Source: Myxococcota bacterium
Lineage (GTDB): Bacteria; Myxococcota_A; Polyangia; Nannocystales; Nannocystaceae
DNA: 64,000 nt
Direction of reading: 5' to 3'
Assembly: GCA_039028615.1 (NCBI GenBank)
Contig: JBCCHT010000010.1
Coordinates: 96,001 to 160,000 of the forward strand
In this document: positions 18,302 to 26,784 of the stretch, in pieces
How positions within the stretch are numbered: the first letter of the stretch is position 1
How the letters are laid out: the number at the start of each line of letters is the position of its first letter
Made by a program: the position numbers and the translations under genes
Notes under the pieces: model-generated
Database searches by the model: none
What the model was told of the DNA's origin: nothing
What the model saw: only the letters and a program-made list of their open reading frames with translations

Positions 18302-19493
18302 CGGAGTCTTCACCGTGTTCCGCAAGGAACTGCTCGAGGTCACGCGCGATCGCAAGACGCTGATCTTCATGATCGTGCTGCCCTTGCTGCTGATCCCGGT
18401 CTTGATCCAGTTCACCACCGACTTCGTGGCGGACGCCGAGAAGGAAGCCGCGTCGGCCACCCTCGACTACGCGGTCTTCGGGGGCGAGCAGCTCCCGGGC
18501 CTGGCCGAGGCCATGGCTCAGGCGCCGGGCTTCGAGGCGGCCTCGCTCGACGATCCCTCGCAGATCGGCGAGGCGGTGGCCGACGATCGCATCGACCTGG
18601 CGTTGGTGGTGGTGCCTCCGGCCACCCCGGGTGACCAGCATGTGGTCGAATTGCACTACAACAACGCGCCACTGAGTTCGAAGGTCAAGCCGCGAACCAA
18701 GCGGGTGTTGAAGGAGCTGTCGGCCGATCTCCAGCGTGAGCGCCTCGAGGGGCTGGGGGTGTCCGAAGTGGCCCGGCAACGCGGTTTCACCGAGCCGGTC
18801 GTCATGGTCGAGCGGGGCACGGCGCCGATGCGTGAAGTCTTGGGCGAGCGAATTGGCGGCATGTTGCCCTACATGTTCATCATCTTCTGCTTCCTCGGAT
18901 CGATGTATCCCGCGATCGACTTGGCGGCAGGAGAGAAGGAGCGGGGGACTCTAGAGACCCTCTTGCTCGTGCCGATCCCCCGACATCAGGTGGTCTTGGG
19001 CAAGTTCCTCGTGGTCTTCAGCGCAGGGGTGACCTCCGCCGTCCTGTCGTTGGCGGGTCTGGGCGGGTGGCTTGCCTTCAAGGGCGAGGAGCTGGGCGGC
19101 GACATCGGGGCGGTGATGAGGTCCATTGGCCCCACCGATTTGGGGCTCATTGCCGCCATGTTGGTGCCTACGGCGGCGATCTTCGCGTCGGCCCTGCTGG
19201 CGATCAGCATCTACGCCAAGAGCTTCAAAGAGGCGCAGTCCTACATCACCCCGCTGAACATGCTGGTGATCTTGCCTGCATTCCTGGCCATGCTGCCCGG
19301 CGTGGAGTTGGACTGGCAGACGGCGTCGATCCCCATCACCAACATCTCGCTGGCCATCAAAGAACTCATCAAAGGGACGATGGATTACTCGATGTTGGTG
19401 GCGATTCTCGGCAGTAGCACACTGCTGGCTGCCGTCGCGCTGTGGCTGTCGACGTGGTGGTTTCGCCGAGAGGATGTGTTGTTCCGACACTGA
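18294..19493 (+). CDS. ABC transporter permease (NatB-like)
   Basis: [36 protein letters not shown] motifs; multiple TM segments. Confidence 0.9.
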   Translation: MRSGVFTVFRKELLEVTRDRKTLIFMIVLPLLLIPVLIQFTTDFVADAEKEAASATLDYAVFGGEQLPGLAEAMAQAPGFEAASLDDPSQIGEAVADDRIDLALVVVPPATPGDQHVVELHYNNAPLSSKVKPRTKRVLKELSADLQRERLEGLGVSEVARQRGFTEPVVMVERGTAPMREVLGERIGGMLPYMFIIFCFLGSMYPAIDLAAGEKERGTLETLLLVPIPRHQVVLGKFLVVFSAGVTSAVLSLAGLGGWLAFKGEELGGDIGAVMRSIGPTDLGLIAAMLVPTAAIFASALLAISIYAKSFKEAQSYITPLNMLVILPAFLAMLPGVELDWQTASIPITNISLAIKELIKGTMDYSMLVAILGSSTLLAAVALWLSTWWFRREDVLFRH

Positions 19494-19598
19494 GCCACGC
19501 ATGGGGCGGAGTCGTTACCGCCCGCTGCGCTCCGAGTTCTCCCCACAAGTGGGTGTAGTAACGAGAAGCGCTCAATTGGTGGGCGTAGTGAGAACCCC

Positions 19599-19843
19599 GG
19601 CCTCGAGTGTTCGAAGCAAGTCAGTGCTTCGCTTCACTCGGGGCCTCGCTGCATCTCGACGAGATCCCCTTCGCTTCGGTGGCGTTCGGGGTCGTCCCTG
19701 AGCGCCCCAGGAGCCTCGCTACGGGCGTTTCGGACCCAGCCGCCTGCGGCGTTGCCCGGGACGAGCGGGACCGGTGTGAGCGGCGGGAGGGCTAGTGGGC
19801 CGGTTTTTCCCTTACCGACCGGCCCTCAACAAGCCGCTTTTTT
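19599..19843. other. Cluster of nested inverted repeats (REP-like element or structured RNA) ending in a hairpin plus T-tract
   Basis: GGCCTCGAGTG..CGAAGCA/TGCTTCG..CACTCGGGGCC; GGGCCGGT/ACCGGCCC; AGCGGC/GCCGCT followed by a T run. Confidence 0.45.
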
Positions 19844-19853
19844 CCAACTATGG

Positions 19854-20600
19854 TCAATCTTCGTTCGTCGGGCTCAGGTTGATGTTGTGAAGGCCACACT
19901 CTTTTTTCGTGGCCTCCTCCCACCACCAACGGCCTTCGCGTTCGTGTTGTCCGGGCAATATCGAGCGAGTGCAGGGCTCGCAGCCAATGCTCACGAACCC
20001 GCGATCATGCAGTGAATTGTAGGGAACTTCGAATGCTCGGATCGCGTCCCACACGTCAATACTGCTGCGATTCGCCAGCGGATTCCACTTGAGTACGGGT
20101 TCCCCGTGCTTCCCGGGGTGGCTGTGGTCGAGTTCCACGACCGCGACGGAATTCCGCGTTCCGGGGCTTTGATCACGTCTTTGACCAGTCACCCAACCGG
20201 TGACCGTACTGAGCTGACGACCAAGAGGCTCCACTTTGCGAATGCCACAGCACTGCTGGTGACCGTCGTCGTAGAACGAAAATAGCCCCTTTTCGCGGAC
20301 CAACTGCTCGACCGCGGCGGTGTCGGGGAATCTCAGCTCGATGCGCAACTCGTAGTGCTCTTCGACCTTGCGGATGAACCGATAGGTCTCTGGATGCAGG
20401 CGCCCGGTATCGAGGCAGAACACGCGAAACGGCCGATTCAGCTGTTTCGCGTACTCCAGGAGCAGAACGTCTTCAGAGCCAGAGAACGCGATCGTGAGGT
20501 CCGTTCCGTGCTCCTGTGCGGCTCGCTCGAGAATTTTGAGCGGAGATGCCTTCTCCAGCTCGGCCGCGAGCTGCTCGGCTCGGTTACTTGAGTCGCTCAT
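19854..20600 (-). CDS. cysH: Adenylyl-sulfate/phosphoadenylyl-sulfate reductase (Fe-S APS-reductase type)
   Basis: [57 protein letters not shown]. Confidence 0.93.
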   Translation of the reverse strand: MSDSSNRAEQLAAELEKASPLKILERAAQEHGTDLTIAFSGSEDVLLLEYAKQLNRPFRVFCLDTGRLHPETYRFIRKVEEHYELRIELRFPDTAAVEQLVREKGLFSFYDDGHQQCCGIRKVEPLGRQLSTVTGWVTGQRRDQSPGTRNSVAVVELDHSHPGKHGEPVLKWNPLANRSSIDVWDAIRAFEVPYNSLHDRGFVSIGCEPCTRSILPGQHEREGRWWWEEATKKECGLHNINLSPTNED

Positions 20601-21089
20601 GCGAAGGCGGATAATGGTCGGTGACCTACTTTGGTGCAAGGTAGGCGGGATCTGATCACCTTGGGGATCACATCCCTCCGGTCGGCACAAGAAAGGCCAG
20701 CGTTACGTAGTCGTTGGAGATCTCGTATTCTGTGTGTGAGATCACCGCTTTTGCAGACGTGGAACCGCCTGAAACACGTATTGGTGGGTGTTGGCGCCGA
20801 TTCGAGGGGGTCTCCCGCCCTTCGCGAGTTCGCACCGAAATGCCACCAGTGTCCTCGCGACTGGCCAACCGCGGACCATTTTCCTCGCACCGAGTCGGGG
20901 TACCAGTGTTCCACCCCACTCGAATTGTTTGTGACGATGTGTGAATGGGATTGCTGAATTGAAGGGTCAATCACCGATATTTGGAGCGCTTGTATTGCGG
21001 TTGGCTCTGAGTGCGTGGTACTGGGGCGTTGTTGAGTGCGGTCGACATTGCGGTCGCACCAACCATTGAAAGGATCGGACGAAAGACAT

Positions 21090-21521
21090 ATGTCGGCTCT
21101 CGAACAACTCGTGGCGAACATGACCGTGGCTCAGCTCGCGGATTTGGCTGGCACCGACGTCGACTCGATGGTTGCCCTGGTGTTGGGCAAGTCCAAGCGA
21201 GGCGTTGCCCCCAAGACCGCCCAGACTGGCCGCCGTGGCCGCAAGCGCGCCGAGGCCGGTGACGCCAGCGTCGCCGCCCAGAACGAAGCTCCTGCCCCCA
21301 GCCAGGGTCACAACACCCGCACCCGCGCCGGCCGTGACGCCCTGGACGCCGCCATCCTGACGTTCCTCAAGGAGCAGTCCGATCCCGTGCGTGCCCTCGA
21401 CATTCGCAAGGGCGTCGGCGGGACCGCGGCTCAGGTTCGCACTCGACTCAACTTCCTCATCGAGAAGAAGCGAGTCAACTACACCGGTCGTGCCAGCGGC
21501 ACTCGCTACAAGTCCAAGTAA
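21090..21521 (+). CDS. Small basic DNA-binding protein with C-terminal winged helix (candidate nucleoid-associated protein)
   Basis: Helical N-terminus, Lys/Arg-rich linker (GRRGRKR), wHTH-like ILTFLKE..IRKGVG..QVRTRLNFLIEKKRV and wing TGRASGTRY; clean coding bias. Confidence 0.75.
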   Translation: MSALEQLVANMTVAQLADLAGTDVDSMVALVLGKSKRGVAPKTAQTGRRGRKRAEAGDASVAAQNEAPAPSQGHNTRTRAGRDALDAAILTFLKEQSDPVRALDIRKGVGGTAAQVRTRLNFLIEKKRVNYTGRASGTRYKSK

Positions 21522-21590
21522 GGCCCTCTGGGCACGATGGCACGCAGCGGGTCGACGCTCGCTGTGCCATCGCGCCGGGTTGCGTTGCTC

Positions 21591-22277
21591 ATGACCACGA
21601 TCGTCGATCTCGAGATCGAGAGCGACTCGCTGAAGAATGCGGAAGAGGGCGTCGACGGGGGCTTCATGGCCGTCCGCCGCCTGCGACTCCGCAACATTCG
21701 CGAGGACGGCTCACGCTCTGAGCGCTACGTCTGCGACTTCGTCGTTCGCCCCAAGGGGATCGATGCGGTCGTGGTCGCGATTTATCATCGCCATGAAAAT
21801 GGTGTGTCTGTGCTGCTGCGGCAGGGCCTGCGGCCGGCTCTGGCCAAGGGGCGCGAGCCCGAGCTCCTGCCGATCGCCGATGAGCGGCCCTATCTGCGAC
21901 TGACCGAGGTCGTGGCGGGGATCATCGAGCGAGAAGATCGAGGCCGCGAGGCAGTGCGACATCGCGCGGCCCTCGAAGTCGAAGAAGAGGCCGGATTCGT
22001 CGTCCCCGACGAGTCGGTACAGTTTTTGGGGGCGGGCTCGTTTCCCAGCCCCGGGTCGATGCCCGAGAAGTTCTGGTTCACCGCGGTCGAGGTCTCCGAC
22101 CCGAACGCCCAGGGCACGGCCAAGGGCGACGGCTCACCCATGGAAGAGGGCGCGAGCTCCCACTGGATGGAGCTCGACGACGCCATCGAGGCCTGCGTGC
22201 AGGGGCAGATCGAAGACGCCAAGAGCGAGCTCGTGCTCCGCCGCCTGCGAGACCATCTCGCGGTCTCCGGGGACTGA
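21591..22277 (+). CDS. Nudix hydrolase (ADP-sugar pyrophosphatase-like)
   Basis: Nudix-box variant [31 protein letters not shown]. Confidence 0.85.
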   Translation: MTTIVDLEIESDSLKNAEEGVDGGFMAVRRLRLRNIREDGSRSERYVCDFVVRPKGIDAVVVAIYHRHENGVSVLLRQGLRPALAKGREPELLPIADERPYLRLTEVVAGIIEREDRGREAVRHRAALEVEEEAGFVVPDESVQFLGAGSFPSPGSMPEKFWFTAVEVSDPNAQGTAKGDGSPMEEGASSHWMELDDAIEACVQGQIEDAKSELVLRRLRDHLAVSGD

Positions 22278-22365
22278 GAGGTCGCCGCGGTCACCCAGAT
22301 CGCTCGGCCAAGCCTGAGGCTTGCTCGAGCGGCTCCTGATTGCGTGTGGCTGGCCGTCGCCGGGC

Positions 22366-23973
22366 TCAGCCGCCGATGGGCGTGGGCGCACCCGCGACGC
22401 CGACGTCGACGGTGAAGATACGGCCGGGCAGGCCGATGACGAACACCGACGTCTCGTAGGCAGCCCAGGCCGCTCCCTGAGCGAACACGACATTGGCCGC
22501 GCCGTCGGGGAAGGTCTCGACCAGCAGCTCTTCGCCGCCGACCAGGTCGCCCATCTCGTCGAGCTGCACGCGATACAGCGAGCCCGGGTCACCCTGGTTC
22601 TGGTCGACGATGTACAGGTTGCCGCATTCGTCCATCGCGATGCCATCGAGGCCGACTTGGTCGCCGCCGCCCTCGGACGCGATGGTCAGCATGTTCTGCG
22701 GCGCGCCGGGATTGGCCAAGTCGGTGACGTCGACTCGCCACAAGATGCCCGGACCGTAGGACACGTAGTAGACGTAGTTGCGATCGGGGTCGTAGATGAT
22801 GCCGTTGGCTTGCGGCGCCTCGGCACCGCCCAGGCCCAGGTCGGTCACCATCGCCCCAGCGGCGTCGGTCCAGGCGGCCCGAGCCCCGTTGAACTCGGTG
22901 AAGAACACGTTGCCATCGTTCGCGATGAAGATGCCGTTGGGGATGTTCAGGCCACCCACCAACTGCGCCACGGCGCCCGTGTTCTGAATCTCGAGGATCT
23001 CGTTGGTCGTCTGCGACGCGGTGATGAGGGTGCCGGTCGGGGACCACCGCAGGCCCAAGGTCGTGGCCGGCAGCGCGGTCATCGTGTTGAAGGGCTGTAC
23101 GGTGCCATCGGGCGCGATGCGGGCGAATGCATCGCCGTTGCGCGCCATGATCTCGCCCCCGGTGGTGAAGGTCAGGTCCTCGGAGCTGCCGTCGAGCGGC
23201 GTGCCGTTGAACATGAACTCGTCGACCATCAGCGGAGGCGCGGGGAGGTTGTCGCAGGCATCGACGGCGCCCGTGGTCGTGCCCTCGTCGGTGGTCTCGC
23301 CCTCGTCGGTGGACTCGCCCGGACCATCGGTCGTGGTGGTGCCGTCGCTGGTGTCCGGATCGCTGGTGGTGGGGTCCGAGCCGTTGTCGGTCGACCCGTC
23401 GTCCGTGCCCCCCGTGGTGCCGGCACTGGTGTCCGGATCGGTGGTGGTCGCGGGGTCGGTCGTGGTGGTGTCGGTGGTCGTCGTGCTGCTCGGCGGCAGG
23501 CTGCTGGCGTTGTCGAGCAGGCCGTAGAACAGGCTGAGTTCGTCGTCGAGGCCGGTGACGAGCTGTTGCGTTGTGTCCAGGCGTCCCAGGGGCAGCGCGA
23601 CCCATCGCCCGTCGCCCGCCTCGAAGTCGGCCGTGGATACGTGGCCGACCGCGACATCGCTGGTGTCGTCGGGCAGGGGATAGCGGTAGGTGATGGTGGC
23701 GGGAATCGCCAGCTCGAGGTTGGGGCTCACCCGGAAGGCGGGGCCGAAGACCTCGGGAGGATCGGTCGAACGCTCGATGGTGAGCGTGATGGTCTCGTCC
23801 AGCGCTTCGGGCAGGATGGCGATGGTCAGGATGCTGTCGGTCGATGTGACCGTGCCTCCATCCGGCCCGATTTCACCGACGGCGAAGGTCGGGTCGGAAT
23901 TGTTCGTGCAAGCCCCGACGCCTGCGAACAAGGCACACGACGAGACGGCCAAAACCCACGTACGAGACCGCAC
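22366..23973 (-). CDS. Lipoprotein: ZU5-like N-domain, Thr/Asp/Gly linker, SMP-30/gluconolactonase-like beta-propeller
   Basis: Lipobox VGAC; IGPDGGTV start; PNGIFI, ANGIIYDPD, LDGIAMDECGNLYI propeller motifs; start 23973 or 23994. Confidence 0.8.
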   Translation of the reverse strand: MRSRTWVLAVSSCALFAGVGACTNNSDPTFAVGEIGPDGGTVTSTDSILTIAILPEALDETITLTIERSTDPPEVFGPAFRVSPNLELAIPATITYRYPLPDDTSDVAVGHVSTADFEAGDGRWVALPLGRLDTTQQLVTGLDDELSLFYGLLDNASSLPPSSTTTTDTTTTDPATTTDPDTSAGTTGGTDDGSTDNGSDPTTSDPDTSDGTTTTDGPGESTDEGETTDEGTTTGAVDACDNLPAPPLMVDEFMFNGTPLDGSSEDLTFTTGGEIMARNGDAFARIAPDGTVQPFNTMTALPATTLGLRWSPTGTLITASQTTNEILEIQNTGAVAQLVGGLNIPNGIFIANDGNVFFTEFNGARAAWTDAAGAMVTDLGLGGAEAPQANGIIYDPDRNYVYYVSYGPGILWRVDVTDLANPGAPQNMLTIASEGGGDQVGLDGIAMDECGNLYIVDQNQGDPGSLYRVQLDEMGDLVGGEELLVETFPDGAANVVFAQGAAWAAYETSVFVIGLPGRIFTVDVGVAGAPTPIGG

Positions 23974-24152
23974 CGAAGGACGGTAGCACGACAATTCGTG
24001 GTGGGCGACGCACTGTGAGAGGCCCCTCGCTTGGCTCCAACACGCGCATCTCCCGGCATCGAGAAATCAGCGCGAGAACGGGCGACGATTGGCCGGCAGC
24101 GGGTCGAGATGGAACCATCCCCCGCCTCGGATGGGCATGTTAGTTTGCCTCG

Positions 24153-25958
24153 GTGAGCGATCGTCGTTGGATGCTCGAGGTGCCCGCTGGCCTGCTGCTG
24201 GGGGTCTGCGCCTGTAGTGAAGCGACCCCGCCCAACACCGTCGAAAAGACGATCGGGCCGGCCGGAGGTCTCATCAGCTCCCACGACCAGGTGCTCACCA
24301 TCGTGCTCCAGCCGGGCGCGGTCTCCAGCGACGTCGACATCCAGATCTGGCCCAGCGACGAGCCGCCGGCCGTGTGGGGCCCCGCCTACCGGGTGACCCC
24401 CGATATCGACCTCATGGTCGATGCCCAGGTGAGCTATCGCCGGCTGCTGCCCAACAACCCCAACTCCGCCACCGTCGGTGCAATTCACCTCGAGGACTAC
24501 ACCAGCGAGATGGGGTTTTGGGATCCGCTGACCCGCATCGCGCTCGACCCCGAGCTCGAGCTGGTGACTTCGGTCGACTCTCAGCTTTCGCTCTACTACG
24601 GGTTGCTCGAGCTGTCGGGGGCGCCTCCATTGCCCTCGGACGACGGTGGCAACGACGACGCCAATCCGCCGAGCGACGAAGGCACGACCGGCGACGATTC
24701 CGGCATGACCAGCGATGCGATGACCGACGAGGGCACCACCGCTGGCGTCGATCCGACCACGGGTGGGGGCGAGGGCCCGGGCGAGACCACCGACGGCGAG
24801 ACCAGCCGGGGCATGGACAGCTCCGATGGAGCCGTCGAAGAAGAAGAGGGCGGCTCCACCGACGACGGCGGCCCCGTGTTCGCCTGCGACGACGGCATGC
24901 TGCAAGCGGGCGAGCTGTGCTTGGTCCTGGGCAACACGTACATCACCGGCAATGGCCCCATCGACATCGAAATCGGGGCCTTCGACGGCGATGCCGCCCT
25001 CGATGTCGTCACCCTCGACGCAGGCGCGATGGAGCTGGGCTTCTTGGCCGGCGCGGGCGATGGCTCCTTTGCCGCCTCCGTCACCGCGGCCGCGCTCACC
25101 GGTACTCCCACCGAGATTCTGTCGGGCACCTTCGCCGGCAATGCCACGCTGGACATCGCGGCCTTGGGCACAGCGGTGGACTCCGTCGGGTTGCTCGTCG
25201 GTGATGGCACCGGGGTCTTCGCCGCTCCCATCGACACCGCAGCCGGAGTGGGTGTCGTCGACTTCGACTCGGGGGACTTCAACGCCGACGGCACGCTCGA
25301 CATCGTGACGCTCAACGTCACCGAAAGCACCGTGCAGCTCCTGCTGGGCGATGCCGCGGGCTTCGGCCTCGGGGCCAATGCGATCGTCAACGCCGACTCG
25401 CTCGATCTCGTGGCGGTGGGTGACCTGAGCGGTCCCGGGGACACGAACGACGACGTGGTCGGCGTCGGGGCGGGCAACTTCCACGCTTGGGCGGGCAACG
25501 GCACGGGCAACGGCTGGGTCGGCAATATCCCGGGGAACTTCGCCGGCGGCGGGGGCAACTACGTCGAGCTGGCCACGGGCGACGTCAACGGAGACGGCAA
25601 CGACGACCTGGTCGCGATCGATGCGACGGCCAATACGGTGGTCGTGGGGGTCAGCACGGGCGGGCCGGCGAGCTACATCTTCTTGCCGGCGGTGAATGTC
25701 GGGACGGCGCCTTCGAATATCCTGCTCTTCGACCTCGATGGGGAAGGGGAGGATGAGGCGGTGGTGACCAACGCGGGGAGTGGGGATGTCACCATTCTCG
25801 ATTGGAACGGGGCGGCGTACGTGGAGGCGTTCAGCTTTGATGTTGGGATGGCGCCTTCTGGGGCGGTGGCGGGGCAGGTCGATGGAGATGGGGTGCCGGA
25901 TATCGTCGTGGCTTCCGAGGGGGAGAGCATGATTACGGTCTTGTTGAGCAACCCTTAG
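24153..25958 (+). CDS. Lipoprotein: ZU5-like N-domain, acidic linker, FG-GAP/VCBS repeat propeller
   Basis: Lipobox VCAC; IGPAGGLI; repeats GDFNADGTLDIV, GDVNGDGNDDLV, DLDGEGEDE, VDGDGVPDIV. Confidence 0.85.
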   Translation: MSDRRWMLEVPAGLLLGVCACSEATPPNTVEKTIGPAGGLISSHDQVLTIVLQPGAVSSDVDIQIWPSDEPPAVWGPAYRVTPDIDLMVDAQVSYRRLLPNNPNSATVGAIHLEDYTSEMGFWDPLTRIALDPELELVTSVDSQLSLYYGLLELSGAPPLPSDDGGNDDANPPSDEGTTGDDSGMTSDAMTDEGTTAGVDPTTGGGEGPGETTDGETSRGMDSSDGAVEEEEGGSTDDGGPVFACDDGMLQAGELCLVLGNTYITGNGPIDIEIGAFDGDAALDVVTLDAGAMELGFLAGAGDGSFAASVTAAALTGTPTEILSGTFAGNATLDIAALGTAVDSVGLLVGDGTGVFAAPIDTAAGVGVVDFDSGDFNADGTLDIVTLNVTESTVQLLLGDAAGFGLGANAIVNADSLDLVAVGDLSGPGDTNDDVVGVGAGNFHAWAGNGTGNGWVGNIPGNFAGGGGNYVELATGDVNGDGNDDLVAIDATANTVVVGVSTGGPASYIFLPAVNVGTAPSNILLFDLDGEGEDEAVVTNAGSGDVTILDWNGAAYVEAFSFDVGMAPSGAVAGQVDGDGVPDIVVASEGESMITVLLSNP

Positions 25959-26177
25959 AGGTTGTGTCTCGCTGGTGGTGCGCTGAAACTGATTTGACGA
26001 GAGGGGGCTCGGGGCGGCGTCGCTCAATGAGGGCTGTGCCCGGCTACTGACGTTGTCGTGGAGGCAGCGCGCGACGACACTACCTTCACGACTGCATCGG
26101 CAGCACGTGCCACCGATGGTTCGATGACGACGTGTCGCGGGTGCTGCCTGTGAATCGGCTCGGGGTTCGCCGGCCGC

Positions 26178-26708
26178 TCAGCGTATCGCGCCGCCGATGA
26201 GCCAGGCGTCGATTTTGGCGAGGTCGAAATCGGAGAGGAGGCCCGTGGGGGGCATGGGGCTGCCCGAGCCGCCGACTTTGTCTTGGGTCCCGTGCAGCTT
26301 GTGGATGAGGTAGCTGGCCTCGGGATCGAGCCCGGCACAGTCGACGTAGGACACGCCCGTGCTCGTGTGGAAGCCGTTGCAGATACGGTCGTATACGCCC
26401 TCGCTCTCGAGGTCGAGACCGTTGGCCGGCTCCGTGATGTCGTGGCACGAAGAGCCGAGGCAGTTCTCCGTCCAGATGGGCAGGATGTCCTCGTCGTGGG
26501 ACAACTCGCCGAAGCCCGTGCTCTCGTCTTGCCCCCCGACGGTAGAGGTCTGGCCCCCGTCGTCGGTCGTGGTGGTCTCCTCGAAGAAACCATCGTCGTC
26601 GGGCCCGGACGTGAACGCGCCCCCGGGGAGGTCGTCTCCGACCTCTTGGTTGTTGCACGCCAACACTGAGAGCACGGAAAAGCAGATCAATGAAGCTCGG
26701 CGAAGCAT
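26178..26708 (-). CDS. Small lipoprotein with planctomycete-cytochrome-c-like domain (CX4CH)
   Basis: Lipobox VLAC; ILPIW..NCLGSSCH, GLDL, DPEASYLIHKL, MPP, IDAWLIGGA. Confidence 0.75.
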   Translation of the reverse strand: MLRRASLICFSVLSVLACNNQEVGDDLPGGAFTSGPDDDGFFEETTTTDDGGQTSTVGGQDESTGFGELSHDEDILPIWTENCLGSSCHDITEPANGLDLESEGVYDRICNGFHTSTGVSYVDCAGLDPEASYLIHKLHGTQDKVGGSGSPMPPTGLLSDFDLAKIDAWLIGGAIR

Positions 26709-26729
26709 GTGCTGGACCCCCACGTCCGA

Positions 26730-26782
26730 GTTAGCACTGGGGCTGGGCACGGAGCAAGGCCCCGTGCCCACCCATCGCTAAC
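26730..26782. promoter_or_regulatory. Intercistronic stem-loop
   Basis: GTTAGC..TGGGCACGG / CCGTGCCCA..GCTAAC. Confidence 0.45.
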
Positions 26783-26784
26783 CG

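Noticed and set aside
19660..19760. Short word matches to enterobacterial 6S RNA (GTCCCTGAGC, GCCTGCGGCG)
   Set aside because: Hairpin too short and no clear central bubble; cannot be called without a covariance-model search
20597..21121. Short ORFs in the AT-rich gap upstream of the DNA-binding protein
   Set aside because: No GC3 bias, RBS or motifs; treated as regulatory DNA
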